DNA of 64,000 nucleotides from Pholidichthys leucotaenia (GCA_020510985.1 CM035846.1:202587081-202651080), one strand, 5' to 3'; positions 11,201 to 24,553 are shown, counted from the stretch's first letter. Notes: generated by a model from the sequence alone, not told the origin. Numbers and translations: made by a program.

Positions 11201-13700
11201 TCCTTGTCAATGTTGTTAACAGACGTTTAGTGGATGCTGTGTCTTTTGCTTCACTACCTTGTATGGCTCGGGGAGTCGGGCCACCAACACATGCAAGTTT
11301 TTTAGCCTTGGAGGATGAGTACCAGCATTTTCTTTCCCAGTTTCCCGCGCTTACGGTGCCCGCCTTTTCCACTACTGTGACCAAGCATCGGGTCGAGCGT
11401 TTCGTCACGACAAACGGCCCCCCAGTTTTTGCACGTCCGCGCTGCTTGAACACAACTAAACTAGCCACCGTGCGCGAGGAGTTAACTTGGAATGTCTAGG
11501 GATCATTAGGCACTCTAATAGCCCTTGGGTGGCCCCGCTGCACGTGGTGCCCAAGTCCGATGGTTCGTGGCAGCCGTGTGCTGATTTCTGTTGCCTGAAC
11601 AATGTCACTGAACACGACCGTTACCCCATCCCGCACATCCAGGATTTTTCTATGCACCTGGCCGGGTCCCGATTCGTGCCGAGGACGTCCCAAAAATGGC
11701 AGTGATAACTCCTTTTGGCCTTTTTGAGATTTTACGTGTGCCGTTCGGGTTAAAAGGCGCAGCCCAAACTTTTCAAAGGATGATGGATGCGGTGCTCCGT
11801 GACTTGCCGTTCATTTTCGTCTACTTAGATGACATTCTGGTGGCTAGCGCATCAGAGGAGGAGCACCTTGCCCATCTCAAGCAAGTTTTCTGGCGGTTGG
11901 AAGCACATGGGCTGATAGTTAATCTGGCGAAGTGTCAGTTTGGGCTGCCAGTGATTGATTTCTTGGGCCACTGCATCTCGCCGGAGGGCGCGATTCCGCT
12001 GCCGGACAAGGTACTAGCGGTGTCAGAGTTCCTGCGTCCGCAGACACTGAGGGCGCTGCAGGAATTTTAGGGGATGGTCAATTTTTACAACCGTTTCCTT
12101 CCTGGACAGTCCAGCTGCTGCAACCGCTATACTGTGCGATCAAGAAAAAGAAACCCGCAGATAGTGTTGACTGGACCCCCGATCGGGTCCAGGCGTTCAC
12201 AGGTGCCAAAGCAGTGCTCACCAGTGAGGCTTTGTTGGCCCACCCATCCCCGTTGGCACGGTTAGCGCTCATGACAGACGTGTCTGACGTCATGGTAGGA
12301 GCCGTGGTAGAGCAGTACATCTCCAGTTTGTGGAAACCTCTTGCCTTTTTCAGCCGTACTTTGTGCGACAATGAGCCTAAGTATAGCGCTTTTGACAGGG
12401 AGCTGTTGGCTCTCCACTTGGCCATGCGTCATTTTCAGTTCTGGCTTGAGGGTCACGAATTTACCACGTTTGTCAACCACAAGCCCTTAACCTACGTGAT
12501 GGCCAAAGTCTCTGAACCGTGGTCAGCCCGGCAGCAACGGCACCTGGCCGCAGTTTCGGAATTCACTACCGACATTCAACATGCATGCAGTAAACTTAAT
12601 GTTGTGGCGGACTGCCTGTCGTGTGCGTTAGTTTCCCCGGTCTACGTGGGCATTGATTTTTCCACCATGGCCGCTGACTATCCCAGGGACGCGGACAATT
12701 GCACGCTCCAATATGCGGGTACCAGGCTAAAACTGGAAAGCAGGGCAGTACAAGAGGGTTGCCCCCACTTGCTTTGCAACGTCTCCACCAGCCAGCCCTT
12801 TTCAGTGGTTTGGGGATCGCGTGGTGCTGCCGTGTTTTTGAGTCCGTCCACTGTCTTTCACACCCTGGCGTCTGGGCTTCAGTTAAGCTGGTGGGGCCTA
12901 AGTTTGCCTGGCCCTGCTTACACAAGGATGTGAAAGAGTGGGCCGCCTTGTGCATTGCGTGCCAATGGGCTAAGGTTCAGAGGCACACCAAAGCCCCCCT
13001 CAAGTATTTCCATATTCCAAGCAGGTGGTTCGACCACGTACACGTCAATTTGGTGGGCCCCCTTCCGCTGTTGCAGGGGCTCACATACCTTTTAACAATA
13101 GTGGACCGCACCACGCGTTGGCCAGAGGCTGTTCCACTGGCTTCCACCACATCTGTGGCCTGCACATTTTTGTCATCCTGGGTCACACGTTTCGGTTCCC
13201 AGTCAGATATCACTTCCGACAGGGGTCCACAGTTCATTTCAGAACTCTGGTCTGCGATGACCGAGAGCCTGGGGGTCAAAATCCACCGAACCACTGCGTA
13301 CAACCCGCAGGCTAACGGGTTGTGCGAGAGGTTCCACAAGTCACTTAAAGCCGCGCTCAAAGCCTGATTGACGGATGCATTTTTTTCAGCCATTGTGGAT
13401 CCCGGGTGAATTTTTGCTGGAAAATCCCACGCCCGGGGCCAACTCGTCCGTGCGTATTTTTTCTGGCGCAGGGGCTAGCAGCGTCCGGGACCGATGCACC
13501 ATTGTTTTCACTGTACCTTCGTTCTGAAGCATTTGGAGAACGCTGAGTTCTTTTTCGTTAGACACGACGCCCACTGAACCCCACTGCGTCCGCCTTATGA
13601 CGGCCCCTTCAGAGTTTTGGAAATGGGAGCGAAAAATTTCGTGTTAGACCAGGGGGGTGAAAGGAAACCATCTGCATAGACAGGCTGAAGCCCGCTTATG
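11200..13700 (+). mobile_element. Ty3/Gypsy pol fragment (RT, RNase H, integrase), 5'-truncated and frameshifted
   Basis: NSPWVAPLHVVPKSDGSWQPCADF…[35 protein letters not shown]; RNase H 12214..; integrase with DDE (LTIVDRTTRWPEAVPL…DRGPQFISELW…). Same family as 63089..63997(-). Confidence 0.75.
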
Positions 13701-13719
13701 TTTTAGCAGAGGAGCAGGT

Positions 13720-14414
13720 GGTGCTGGCCCAGGCTCCTTGGTGGGGTCGCCTGCCTGTGGGGGGGACCCACGAGTTTGTTTTCCCCCTTCAGAGAACTGT
13801 TTGCAGTAGACCAAGGTTTTCCCCTCCCCACCTTTTCCCCCTACAGAGAACTGTGCACCGGAGACTGAGTCTTCTCCCTATCCACCACAACAGGAAGGCC
13901 CTTCAGTTAGCTCGGTGGCTCCACGTTACAGCCGGTACGGGCGATTGATCAAGCCTTAAGGCACCAGGCGGTTAAGACCCCTTCTGGGTGTTGGGGGGGG
14001 GGGTGGCACAGGGAGAGATCTGACTCGTACCCAGGACTTTGGGGAATGGGGGGAAGGAAGGAGACATGGTAATGCAGGTGCCTCAGGCGAGAGAGAGAGA
14101 GAGAGAGGAATACAGGTGCTGTGGCACCCTGGAGGGGAGAGTTGAAAAGATGAGAAGTAGATTTAGGCACCAGAGCGCCAGAGGGGAGAAAAGTTCTTAA
14201 GACGTGCCTTCACACTGGGAACTGCAGGTGTGAATGTATTGAAATGTAATGCATGTATGATAATGACATGTACTCTTAGTGCCAAAGGAGAGAATGTGAA
14301 GATGTACAGTATAAAAGTTTGGCTTTGGCACCCAGAGAGGGTTCTTACTATGCTGTTGGAAGAATAAAGTCTGTGTCTACAGAGCTCGTGTCTCATCTTG
14401 TTCATTCCTCTACA
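13720..14414 (+). repeat. Probable 3' LTR of the truncated Gypsy element
   Basis: Follows the integrase C-terminus. Contains 'cagtataaaag' and 'aataaagtctg', and ends ...CCTCTACA. Confidence 0.4.
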
Positions 14415-15032
14415 CTAGACTAAATAATTTAGTATGTAAAAAAAGACCCAAACCCTCTCCCACTCCAGAGCATAAAAAGGAGAGAATGGGGGAAAAATCA
14501 AGAAAGACAGAAGTAATGCTGTGAATGAGTATTTATTGATATACTGTTGTAGTAGCTTACTGTTATTTTGATTTTTTTTTATTCTCTAACATGTTTTTAT
14601 TAATTATTTTTATTTAATTTTACTTTAATATACAGTCGTGGAAAAAAATATGACACCCCATTAAATATTCACTTCTTTACTAAGAAATGTTCAATTATCA
14701 AGGTGGGTAGCACAGGCTCAAATGCAGGCAGGAGTTCAGTGCAAAAATGATGATTTATTTAACAAAAACTGAGACGAAGTAGCAGCATGGGGGCTGAGAA
14801 CACAAACCAGGCTGACAGATTGACGGGGAACACGGAAGAAACAAAAATGATCCCACACCTGACACAGACTGAGACGCATATACAGTATGTAGACAGGGGA
14901 GTAATCAAGATAACGCACGACAAGTGAGAAACAATTAAGCGTAACGGAGAAGCACTGGACAGGCAGGGCTGGACAGACAGAGTACACTGGGACCAAAAAT
15001 ACAAACGATAACACAACACAGAGAAACATAAT

Positions 15033-15604
15033 GTTATGACTCGCCGCTCATCAGCGGCGCCAGCCGCGCGCACAACTGCTCCTCGTCAGCGGCGAGGTAT
15101 TTAATCCACTCTGCCCTGGGCTTCGGCCTGAAGCCGTCTCTCTACTTCGGCCCCTTTGCTACTACGGATCTCAAACCGACTAGTGAAGATATCTTGAGTA
15201 AGCTCCCCTTACCTCTCTCCTCTAGCCTTCCCCTGTGCACAGGTGGACACTCCCGGCGGCGGACTTCATCACCTCGCCGTTGGCTCTACGCTGCTGCCAC
15301 AGGTACCGCAGGTCGCTGTCTCCCGGGCTTCGCCCTTGTCGACGCCAGCCACCTGTCATAACCAAGTAAGCCAGCTGCCATCATTATTCCCTGTATTGGT
15401 GTGGTGCCCGTTACCCTTCTCCCTCTGCTCTCTCCCACAGGGTTGTCCGGCTGTACGGCCTCCTGCCCCCGTGCCTGACGCAGATGCCACCACCAATACA
15501 TTCTTATTCCACAGACACGCAGCCATACACTTCCTTGTTGCTAATAAAGCTGTTAAATCTATCCTGAGCCTGCGTGTGTGTCTCCTGGGCCGTGCATTAT
15601 GTCA
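15033..15604 (+). repeat. 5' LTR of chromovirus copy A
   Basis: Direct repeat of 19920-20492 with about 6 mismatches. Confidence 0.9.
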
Positions 15605-16597
15605 GTACGGCTTCAGCAGAGCGGCTCAGCAGACAGCGGGCTCGCACGCCGTCTTTCCACCCTCGAGGCTCGGGTGGATTTAATAGCTCATCAGCAACAG
15701 GTGATATTAAATCAATTAATTATCATTACTAACCGATTAGACCGCTTGGACCCCCAGCAGCCGTTCCCCTCGGCTCGTCCGGGTGGCGTGGCTCCTGCAG
15801 CTCCGGTGGCCGTCCAGCCCGCTCCGGGTGCGCCAGCACGGCTCACACCAATCCCCACTCCTGCTCGCTTCAGCGGTAAGCTGGGTGGAGCTCGGGGTTT
15901 TATTATGCAGTGTGAGTCTGTGTTTCTTCGCGTTCCCGGAGATTTTCCCTCAGACCATAGCAGAATTGGCTATATAGGTAATCTCCTTGAGGGTCGTGCG
16001 CTTACCTGGGCTTACGCCATTATGGTGAAGCCCAGCTACGCCACCCTCACCTATGGCCAGTTCGTGCGACAATTTCTGGAAGTGTTCGATCATTCGCGTT
16101 TGGACAGTGTCCAGGTCGACCGCCTTCTCGGACTCCAACAGGGGAGCCGATCGGCGGCCGACTACGCGATCGACTTCCGGGTTACCGCGGAGGAAGATGG
16201 CTGGGAAGAGCGCGCGCTCTGCGGCATCTTCCTCCGCAGCCTAAATTCCGGTCTGAGGGATGAGCTGGCCGGACGGGATACCCCGGAGATGCTGGCGGAG
16301 CTGATTTCTCTCACCATCAGTTTGGATAACAGGCTGCGCGAGCGCGCCTCCGAGCGGAAGCAGCCTTCTCGCTCGCGGGGCGCCGCTGCACGTCTGCCCC
16401 AAGCTCGCCACCTGGCGTTGCTGCCGCCGGAGGTCTCTGAGGAGTCGGAACCAATGGTGACGGTCCGGACAAAGCTCCCCCTGGCGGAGAAACAGCGCCG
16501 TCGTGACCTGGGCCTCTGCATGTATTGCGGAGGTAGCCAGCACACGGTGGAGCATTGTCCGGAGAAGCCAAACGAGGTGGCCCACGAGTCACTGTAG
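15578..16597 (+). CDS. gag: gag (capsid plus CCHC zinc knuckle)
   Basis: 339-aa ORF. Knuckle [14 protein letters not shown]. Overlaps the start of pol in the -1 frame (16555-16597). Confidence 0.8.
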   Translation: MSPGPCIMSVRLQQSGSADSGLARRLSTLEARVDLIAHQQQVILNQLIIITNRLDRLDPQQPFPSARPGGVAPAAPVAVQPAPGAPARLTPIPTPARFSGKLGGARGFIMQCESVFLRVPGDFPSDHSRIGYIGNLLEGRALTWAYAIMVKPSYATLTYGQFVRQFLEVFDHSRLDSVQVDRLLGLQQGSRSAADYAIDFRVTAEEDGWEERALCGIFLRSLNSGLRDELAGRDTPEMLAELISLTISLDNRLRERASERKQPSRSRGAAARLPQARHLALLPPEVSEESEPMVTVRTKLPLAEKQRRRDLGLCMYCGGSQHTVEHCPEKPNEVAHESL

Positions 16598-19500
16598 GGG
16601 GCCTCGCGGACGCTAATCGGTTAAATCCCCTCACACATTTGACGCTGCCCATCCGCTTCTGTCACAACCTCACTGGGCACCTCACACATGCACTGGTGGA
16701 TTCAGGCGTGGAGGGTAGCTTTATTTCACAAAGCCTGGCAACCCGACTGGGCATCCAATGTCACCCCCTCGACACTCCTCTCGCCCTGGTTAATCTCTCC
16801 CGAGTTTCCCTGGGAAAAGTAACTCACCAAACATCCCCCGTCCCGGTGATCATCTCTGGAAACCATCGGGAGGATATCTCCTTTTACGTCCTGCCCACCT
16901 CAGTAACTCCTGTCATCCTCGGTTATCCCTGGCTCCGCCTCCACAACCCCGCCTTGGACTGGAAGACTGGGAAGGTGTCAGCGTGGAGCACTTTCTGCAT
17001 GGGTACCTGCCTCCAATCCGCGGCCTGCGCCCCGTCCTCGCCTCCCACAGCTCAGGACACCGCGCCCCCGGATCTCACCCTAGTGCCCTCAGAGTTCCAC
17101 GACCTGGGTGCCGTTTTCAGTAAGTCCAAGGCGATGTCTCTGCCTCCTCACTGGCCCTACGACTGCGCCATTAACATCCGCCAGGGGGCGCCCTTACCCT
17201 CAGGACGCCTCTATAGTCTGTCAGCGCCGGAGAAGAAGGCAATGAACAGCTATCTGAAGGAGTCGCTCAGTGCTGGGATCATCCGACCGTCCTCCTCTCC
17301 AGTAGGTGCAGGGTTCTTCTTCGTGGGAAAGAAGGACGGATCTCTTCGTCCTTGTATCGACTATCGAGCTCTCAACGATATCACGGAGAAGGACCGTTTC
17401 ACCCTGCCCCTTATGGACACTGCCTTCCACTCCCTCCAGGGGGCGATCTGGTTTACTAAGCTGGATCTCCGCAGTGCTTACCACCTCGTCCGGATCCGGG
17501 AGGGAGATGAGTGGAAGACCGCCTTCCATACCCCAAACGGTCATTTTGAATATCTCGTGATGCCGTTTGGGTTGACCAACGCTCCAGCCGTCTTTCAGCG
17601 CCTCATCAATGACGTCCTCCGGGACTTCATCGGCCTGTTTGTATTCGTCTACCTGGACGACATTCTCATCTTCTCCAGGTCCAGGGATGAACACCGGGTC
17701 CACGTGAGGCGGGTCCTGCAGACACTGCTGGAGAACCGTCTGTACGTCAAGGCGGAAAAATGTGAATTCTACGCCAAAACGACTTCCTTCCTGGGGTTCG
17801 TCATCTCCCATGACCAGGTGCTTCTGGACCCAGCGAAGATCAAAGCAGTGGTGGATTGACCCACACCAACTTCTCGGAAACAGGTTCAGCAATTCATCGG
17901 GTTCGCCAATTTCTACCGCCGCTTTGTCCCGAACTTTGGAGCCATCGTCGGGCCCCTGACCCGCCTCACCTCTCCTAAGACCCCGTTCCGGTGGACTGAA
18001 GAGGCCGCTTCGGCTTTCCAGGCGCTGAAGACGGAGTTCTCCTCCTCCTGGGTCCTCAGCCAGGTCGATCCCGCGCTGCAGTGCATTGTGGAGGTGGACG
18101 CTTCGGACACGGGGGTGGGGGCGGTATTGTCCCAGCGGTCCCCAGCCAATGGAGTCAAGCGACCCTGCGCCTTCTTCTCTCGGCGCCTGTCCCTGGCGGA
18201 ACGAAACTACGACGTGGGGGACAGAGAGCTTCTTGCCATCAAGCTTGCCCTTCAAGAATGGCGTCACTGGCTGGAGGGGGCAGCCTTGCCTTTTGTGGTC
18301 CTCACTGACCACAAGAACCTGGAGTACCTGAGATCTGCCAAGCGTCTGAACGCCCGCCAGGCGCGTTGGTCCCTGTTCTTTGCAAGGTTTAAGTTCAGCA
18401 TCACATATAGGCCTGGCTCCAAGAACGGCCTGCCCGACGCCCTCTCCAGGCAATTTGCCCCGGAGGCCGCAGAAGACGTTGCTCACACCATCTTGCCCAG
18501 GTCGTGCGTCGTGGGGGCTGTTACATGGGACATAGAAGACAAGATCCGGAGGGCGCAGGAGTCGGAACCGGACCCTGGCAGCGGACCGGAGGGGAGGCTC
18601 TTCGTGCCATCTGCCGTCCGGGGGGACGTTATACACTGGCTTCATACCTCCAAGCTCACCTGCCATCCTGGAGCTTCGCGGATGATTGACCTTCTCCAGC
18701 GATCCTTTTGGTGGCCAGGCCTGCGGAAGGATGCCGCCCGTTACGCCCGGGCCTGCCCCGTCTGTGCTACCAATAAGTCAGGTAACGCTCCCCCTGCGGG
18801 TCTGCTCCAGCCCCTGCCCGTCCCTGGCAGGCCCTGGTCGCACATTGCCCTGGACTTCGTCACCGGGCTCCCTGTCTCCAACAACTTTGACACAGTTCTG
18901 ACCATTGTTGACCGTTTTTCCAAGGCCGCCCACTTCGTGCCCCTACGTGGACTTCCCTCGGCCTTGGAGACGGCGGACCTCCTCATCCAGCACGTGGTCA
19001 GACTGCATGGAATCCCGGTCGACGTGGTCTCCAACCGCGGCCCCCAGTTCTCTTCGGACGTCTGGAGGTCATTTTGCAACGCCCTGGGAGCCAAGGTAAG
19101 CCTCTCCTCCGGCCATCACCCCCAGTCTAACAGGCAGTGTGAGCGGACTAACCAGGAGCTGGAGGCTACGCTCCGCTGCGTTACTTCATCCAAACCCACG
19201 TCCTGGAGTTCTCACCTCGCCTGGGTGGAGTACGCCCACAACACCTCTCGCTCTACGGCCATCGGGATGTCGCCCTTTAAAGCATCCTTGGGCTATGATC
19301 CACCCCTATTCCCGGCGCAGGAGGGCGAGTTGGCTGTCCCCTCTGTCCAGGCACATCTGAGGCGGTGCCGCTCCCTTTGGTCCACGGCGCGTAATGCGCT
19401 TTTACGCACGGCGGAGCGCAATAAGTCTACGGCGGACCGACATAGGAGACCTGCACCTGCCTACCAGGTGGGACAGCAAGTTTGGGTATCCACACAGGAC

Positions 19501-19977
19501 GTTAACCTAAAGGGTAAGAGGAGAAAGCTGGCCCAACGGTTCATCAGCCCTTATCCCATAACCAGAATCATCAACCCGGTGGCTGTGCGTGTGGCTATTC
19601 CCTCCTCCCTCCGCATCCATCCCACCTTCCACGTCTCCAAAATTAAACCGGTGGTCTCTGACCCCCTCTGCCCTCCACCTGCGGCGCACCCCGCTCCCCG
19701 GATGATTGGTGGCCATCCGGCCTGGACCGTCGCTGACATCTTGGACGCCCGACGCCGGGGTCGCGGATTTCAGTACCTGGTGGATTGGGAGGGCTATGGA
19801 CCCGAGTGGAGACAGTGGGTGCCTTCCTCGCTGGTGTTGGACCGGTCACTCATTTCTGAGTTTCATCGAGCGCACCCGGAAAAACCATCGCCAGGAGGCG
19901 CTGCTAGAGGGGGGAGTACTGTTATGACTCGCCACTTATCAGCGGCGCCAGCCGCGCGCACACCTGCTCCTCGTTAG
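16555..19977 (+). CDS. pol: pol (protease, RT, RNase H, integrase, chromodomain), one reading frame interrupted by an in-frame TGA at 17857-17859
   Basis: [10 protein letters not shown] (PR); [16 protein letters not shown] and [11 protein letters not shown] (RT); DTGVGAVL (RH); HHCC plus DDE integrase; [17 protein letters not shown] (chromodomain). ORFs 16555..17859 and 18088..19977 share a frame. Copy B has TGG (Trp) at the stop position. Confidence 0.8.
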
Positions 19978-20492
19978 CGGCGAGGTATTTAATCCACTCT
20001 GCCCTGGGCTTCGGCCTGAAGCCGTCTCTCTACTTCGGCCCCTTTGCTACTACGGATCTCAAACCAACTAGTGAAGATATCTTGGGTAAGCTCCCCTTAC
20101 CTCTCTCCTCTAGCCTTCCCCTGTGCACAGGTGGACATTCCCGGCGGCGGACTTCATCACCTCGCCGTTGGCTCTACGCTGCTGCCACAGGTACCGCAGG
20201 TCGCTGTCTCCCGGGCTTCGCCCTTGTCAACGCCAGCCACCTGTCATAACCAAGTAAGCCAGCTACCATCATTATTCCCTGTATTGGTGTGGTGCCCGTT
20301 ACCCTTCTCCCTCTGCTCTCTCCCACAGGGTTGTCCGGCTGTACGGCCTCCTGCCCCCGTGCCTGACGCAGACGCCACCACCAATACATTCTTATTCCAC
20401 AGACACGCAGCCATACACTTCCTTGTTGCTAATAAAGCTGTTAAATCTATCCTGAGCCTGCGTGTGTGTCTCCTGGGCCGTGCATTATGTCA
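19920..20492 (+). repeat. 3' LTR of chromovirus copy A
   Basis: Direct repeat of 15033-15604. Confidence 0.9.
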
Positions 20493-20616
20493 CATAATAA
20501 CAAATGATGAGGACATGGCTGAACTCATGTCCTGAAGATAACAGAAAAACAAATATGAACAAAGCGAGAACATGAGCACAGTCACATCCAAACCTTATGC
20601 ACATATTGATGTCTAC

Positions 20617-21188
20617 TGACATAACGCACGGCTCAGGAGACGCACACACACAGGCTCAGAGTAGTTCAAATAGTTTATTAACAACAGGGGTGTATGAATG
20701 TGTGTCTGCGGGATGTAAATGTGTTGGTGGCGGCGTCTGCTTCGGGCACAGAGGCAGGAGGCCGTACAGCCGGACAACCCTATGGGAAAAGCACAAGGAG
20801 AAGGGTGACGGGCACACACCAACACAAGATATATACGAGCGAGAGAGGAGCTTACTTGGATAGGACAGATGACTGGCACAGCAAGGGACGAGGTCCGGTA
20901 GACAGCCACCTGGAGAACCCGGTGCAGCAGCGAGGAACAGGCGATGGAGAGGCGTTGTCCGCCGCCGGGAAATCCACCTGTGCACAGGGGAGCAGACTTG
21001 GAAGGGAAAGGAGGTAAGGTCTTCTTACCAGAATGATTAGCTGAGGATGAAAGGAACTCACAGCGATGCGTAGGGAAGTCTAACGGCTTCAGGCCGAAGC
21101 TCAGGGCGAGGCGGCTTAAATCCCTCGCCGCTGATGATGTGCAGGTGTGTGTGCAGGTGGCGCCGCTGATGAGCGGCGCGGCGTGACA
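20617..21188 (-). repeat. 3' LTR of copy B
   Basis: Direct repeat of 25516-26087. The element-strand PPT 'agaggggggagtac' is adjacent at 21189-21205. Confidence 0.85.
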
Positions 21189-23998
21189 GTACTCCCCCCT
21201 CTAGCAGCGCCTCCTGGCGATGGCTTCTCTGGGTGCGCTCGGTGGAAATCAGCGATGAGTGACGGGTCCAACACAAACGACGAGGGTACCCACTGCCGAT
21301 GTTCAGGCCCATAGCCCTCCCAGTCCACCAAGTACTGCAACCCACGACCCCGGCGCCGGGAGTCCAGGATGGAGGAGACGGGCCAGGCCGGATGGCCATC
21401 AATCATCCGGGGCGCGGGTTGCGCAGCAGGAGGAGGGCAAAGGGGGTCGGAGACTGCCAGCTTCACCTTGGACACGTGGAAGGTGGGATGGATGTGGAGG
21501 GAGGGGGGAATAGCTACACGCACAGCCACCGGGTTGATGATCCTGGTGATGGGGTATGGGCCCATAAAGCGCTGTGCCAGCTTCCTCCTCTCGCCCTTTA
21601 AAATCACGTCCTGGGTCGACACGTAGACTTGCTGACCAACTCTGTATGCCGGGGCAGGTCTTCTGTGCCGGTCCGCCACGGCTCTGTTGCGCTCCGCCGT
21701 GCGTAAAAGCACATTGCGCGCTGACGCCCAGATGGAGCGGAACTGCCTGAGATGCGCCCGTACTGAGGGGACAGTTACCTCACTCTCCTGCACCGGGAAC
21801 AGCGGGGGGTCGTAACCCAGGGATGCCTTAAAGGGGGACATCCCTGTACCAGAAGAGCGAGCGGTGTTGTGGGCGTATTCAACCCAGGAGAGGTGGTTAC
21901 TCCAGGACGTTGGTTTGGACGCCGTTACACAGCGGAGCGCAGCCTCCAGCTCCTGGTTGGTCCGCTCACACTGCCCGTTGGATTGGGGGTGATGGCCGGA
22001 GGAGAGGCTCACCTTGGCTCCTAAGGCGTTGCAAAACGACCTCCAAATGTCTGAGGAAAATTGGGGCCCTCGATCCGAGACCACGTCCACCGGAATCCCA
22101 TGCAGCCTGACCACGTGCTGGATTAGGAGATCCGCCATCTCCAGGGCAGTAGGAAGACCTCGTAGGGGGACGAAGTGTGCCGCCTTGGAGAAGCGGTCCA
22201 CGATGGTCAGGACGGTGTCGTAGGTGTTCGAGACTGGGAGTCCGGTGACGAAATCCAGGGCGATATGCGACCAGGGCCTGCCAGGGACGGGCAGAGGCTG
22301 GAGCAAACCCGCTGGAGGGGCATTACCCGATTTGTTGGTGGCACACACTGGACAGGCCCGGGCATAGCGGGCAGCGTCCCTCCGCAGGCCTGGCCACCAG
22401 AAGGACCGCTGGAGGAGGTCAATCATCCGGGAGGAGCCAGGGTGACAGGTGAGCTTGGATGTGTGCAACCAGTGGATGACCTCACCCCGAACCATGGATG
22501 GCACGAACAGCCGCCCCTCCGGTCCGCCGCCAGGGTCAGGTTCCACTTCCTGCGCCTTCCGGATCTTGTTCTCGATGTCCCAAGTGACGGCTCCCACGAC
22601 GCACAACCTGGGTAGGATGGTGTGGACCGTGTCCTCCGACTCCTCAGGGGCGAATTGCCTAGAGAGGGCGTCGGGCAGGCCGTTCTTGGAGCCAGGCCTG
22701 AAGGTGATGGTAAATTGGAACCTGGCGAAGAACAAGGACCAGCGCGCCTGGCGGGCGTTCAGGCGCTTGGCAGATCTAAGGCACTCCAAGTTCTTGTGGT
22801 CCGTCAGGACCACGAACGGCAGGTCCGCCCCCTCTAGCCAGTGACGCCACTCCTGTAGCGCGAGCTTGATGGCGAGGAGCTCTCTGTCACCCACGTCGTA
22901 ATTTCTCTCCGCCGGGGACAAGCGCCGGGAGAAGAAGGCACAGGGCCGTTTGATTCCGTCGTCTGGCGACCGCTGGGGTAGCACCGCCCCCACTCCTGTG
23001 TCCGAAGCGTCCACTTCCATGATGCACTGCAGCGCAGGGTTGACTTGGCTAAGGACCCGGGAGGAGGAGAACTCCGCCTTCAGCGCCTGAAAGGCAGCCG
23101 CGGCCTCTTCGGTCCACCGGAACGGGACCTTAGGGGACGTGAGGTGGGTCAGCGGGCCGACGATGGTGCCAAAATTTGGGACGAAGCGGCGGTAGAAGTT
23201 CGCAAACCCAACGAACTGCTGCACCTGCTTTCTTGACGCAGGTGTAGGCCACTCCACCACCGCCTTCACCTTCTCTGGGTCCGGAAGCACCTGGTCGTGG
23301 GAGATGATGAACCCGAGGAAGGATGTTGTCTTCGCGTAAAACTCGCATTTCTCGGCCTTCACGTACAACCGGTTCTCCAGCAGCCTTTGAAGGACCCGCC
23401 TCACGTGGACCTGGTGCTCGTCCCTGGACTTGGAGAAGATGAGAATGTCGTCCAGGTAGACGAACACAAAAAGGCCGATGAAATCCCGGAGGACGTCATT
23501 GATGAGGCGCTGAAAGACGGCTGGAGCGTTGGTCAACCCGAACGGCATCACCAGGTATTTGAAGTGGCCGTTCGGGGTACGGAAGGCTGTCTTCCACTCA
23601 TCTCCCTCCCGGATCCGGACGAGGTGGTATGCGCTGCGTAGATCCAGCTTGGTGAACCAAGTCGCCCCCTGGAGGGAGTGGAAAGCGGTGTCCATGAGGG
23701 GCAGGGTATAGCGATCCTTCTCCGTAATGTCGTTAAGGGCACGATAGTCAATGCAAGGACGGAGGGATCCGTCCTTCTTACCGACGAAGAAGAATCCTGC
23801 CCCCACAGGTGATGACGATGGGCGGATTATCCCAGCACTCAGCGACTCCTTGAGGTATGAGTTCATAGTCTCCTTCTCCGGCGCCGATAGACTGTAGAGT
23901 CGTCCAGAAGGTAAGGGTGCCCCCTGGCGGAGGTTGATTGCACAGTCGTAGGGCCTATGAGGAGGGAGAGACATCGCCTTGGATTTGCTGAATACCAT
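21116..23998 (-). CDS. pol: pol: RT, RNase H, integrase, chromodomain (960 aa, uninterrupted)
   Basis: [27 protein letters not shown], integrase [24 protein letters not shown]. In frame with the PR ORF but separated from it by a TAG at 24015-24017. Confidence 0.85.
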   Translation of the reverse strand: MVFSKSKAMSLPPHRPYDCAINLRQGAPLPSGRLYSLSAPEKETMNSYLKESLSAGIIRPSSSPVGAGFFFVGKKDGSLRPCIDYRALNDITEKDRYTLPLMDTAFHSLQGATWFTKLDLRSAYHLVRIREGDEWKTAFRTPNGHFKYLVMPFGLTNAPAVFQRLINDVLRDFIGLFVFVYLDDILIFSKSRDEHQVHVRRVLQRLLENRLYVKAEKCEFYAKTTSFLGFIISHDQVLPDPEKVKAVVEWPTPASRKQVQQFVGFANFYRRFVPNFGTIVGPLTHLTSPKVPFRWTEEAAAAFQALKAEFSSSRVLSQVNPALQCIMEVDASDTGVGAVLPQRSPDDGIKRPCAFFSRRLSPAERNYDVGDRELLAIKLALQEWRHWLEGADLPFVVLTDHKNLECLRSAKRLNARQARWSLFFARFQFTITFRPGSKNGLPDALSRQFAPEESEDTVHTILPRLCVVGAVTWDIENKIRKAQEVEPDPGGGPEGRLFVPSMVRGEVIHWLHTSKLTCHPGSSRMIDLLQRSFWWPGLRRDAARYARACPVCATNKSGNAPPAGLLQPLPVPGRPWSHIALDFVTGLPVSNTYDTVLTIVDRFSKAAHFVPLRGLPTALEMADLLIQHVVRLHGIPVDVVSDRGPQFSSDIWRSFCNALGAKVSLSSGHHPQSNGQCERTNQELEAALRCVTASKPTSWSNHLSWVEYAHNTARSSGTGMSPFKASLGYDPPLFPVQESEVTVPSVRAHLRQFRSIWASARNVLLRTAERNRAVADRHRRPAPAYRVGQQVYVSTQDVILKGERRKLAQRFMGPYPITRIINPVAVRVAIPPSLHIHPTFHVSKVKLAVSDPLCPPPAAQPAPRMIDGHPAWPVSSILDSRRRGRGLQYLVDWEGYGPEHRQWVPSSFVLDPSLIADFHRAHPEKPSPGGAARGGSTVTPRRSSAAPPAHTPAHHQRRGI

Positions 23999-24016
23999 AC
24001 CCAGGTCGTGAAATTC

Positions 24017-24553
24017 CTATGGCACCAGGGACAGGTCCGGGGGCGCAGCGTCCGTAGGTGAGGGAGAAGCGGACGGAGAGCAGGCAGCGGACTGTAGACA
24101 GGTGCTCATGCAGAACGTACTCCATGCCGACACCCCGGCGGACTTCCAATCCAAAACGGGGTTGTGGAGGCGTAGCCAGGGATACCCCAGGATGACGGGC
24201 GACACAGAGTTGGGCAGGACGTAAAAGGTTATCTCCTCCCAGTGGTTTCCAGAGATAATAACCGGGACGGGGATGGTCTGGTGTGTAACTCTCCCAAGGG
24301 AGGCACGAGAGAGGTTGACCAGGGAGATGGGGTTCTTGAGTGCCTGACAGCGGATGCCCAATCGGGTTGCCAGGCTTTGAGAAATAAAGCTGCCTTCCGC
24401 GCCCGAATCCACCAGTGCGTGGGTGAGATGCCCAGTGGAGGTGTGGCAGAAACAGATGGGCAGTTTCAATTGTGTGAGGGGACTTAACCGATTGACGTCC
24501 GCGAGGCCCCCTACAGTGACTCGCGGACCCCGCCGTTTGGCTTCTGTGGACAA
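24017..24553 (-). CDS. protease segment of pol (178 aa)
   Basis: ALVDSGAEGSFIS aspartic protease motif. Same frame as ORF 21116..23998. Confidence 0.75.
   Translation of the reverse strand: MSTEAKRRGPRVTVGGLADVNRLSPLTQLKLPICFCHTSTGHLTHALVDSGAEGSFISQSLATRLGIRCQALKNPISLVNLSRASLGRVTHQTIPVPVIISGNHWEEITFYVLPNSVSPVILGYPWLRLHNPVLDWKSAGVSAWSTFCMSTCLQSAACSPSASPSPTDAAPPDLSLVP

Larger units (their letters stand above)
15033..20492 (+). mobile_element. Complete Ty3/Gypsy chromovirus-like LTR retrotransposon (copy A)
   Basis: 572/573-bp LTRs (TGTTATGAC…TTATGTCA), ~99% identical. TSD is CATAA (15028-15032 and 20493-20497). Order is gag(CCHC), PR, RT, RH, IN, chromodomain. PPT 'agaggggggag' lies before the 3' LTR. 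Confidence 0.9.

Noticed and set aside
14736..15073. Two ~100-aa minus-strand ORFs upstream of the chromovirus 5' LTR
   Set aside because: Hydrophobic low-complexity translations of AT-rich or simple sequence. No start or stop context or homology.
17221..18666. 481-aa minus-strand ORF
   Set aside because: It is antisense to the chromovirus pol ORF in a GC-rich region, with no domain signatures. Similar antisense ORFs (6455..7267, 59586..60281, 12596..12955, 8207..8806) are composition artefacts.
20044..20535. 163-aa ORF
   Set aside because: It lies wholly within the 3' LTR of chromovirus copy A, and the same ORF recurs in the 5' LTR. It is LTR sequence, not a gene.
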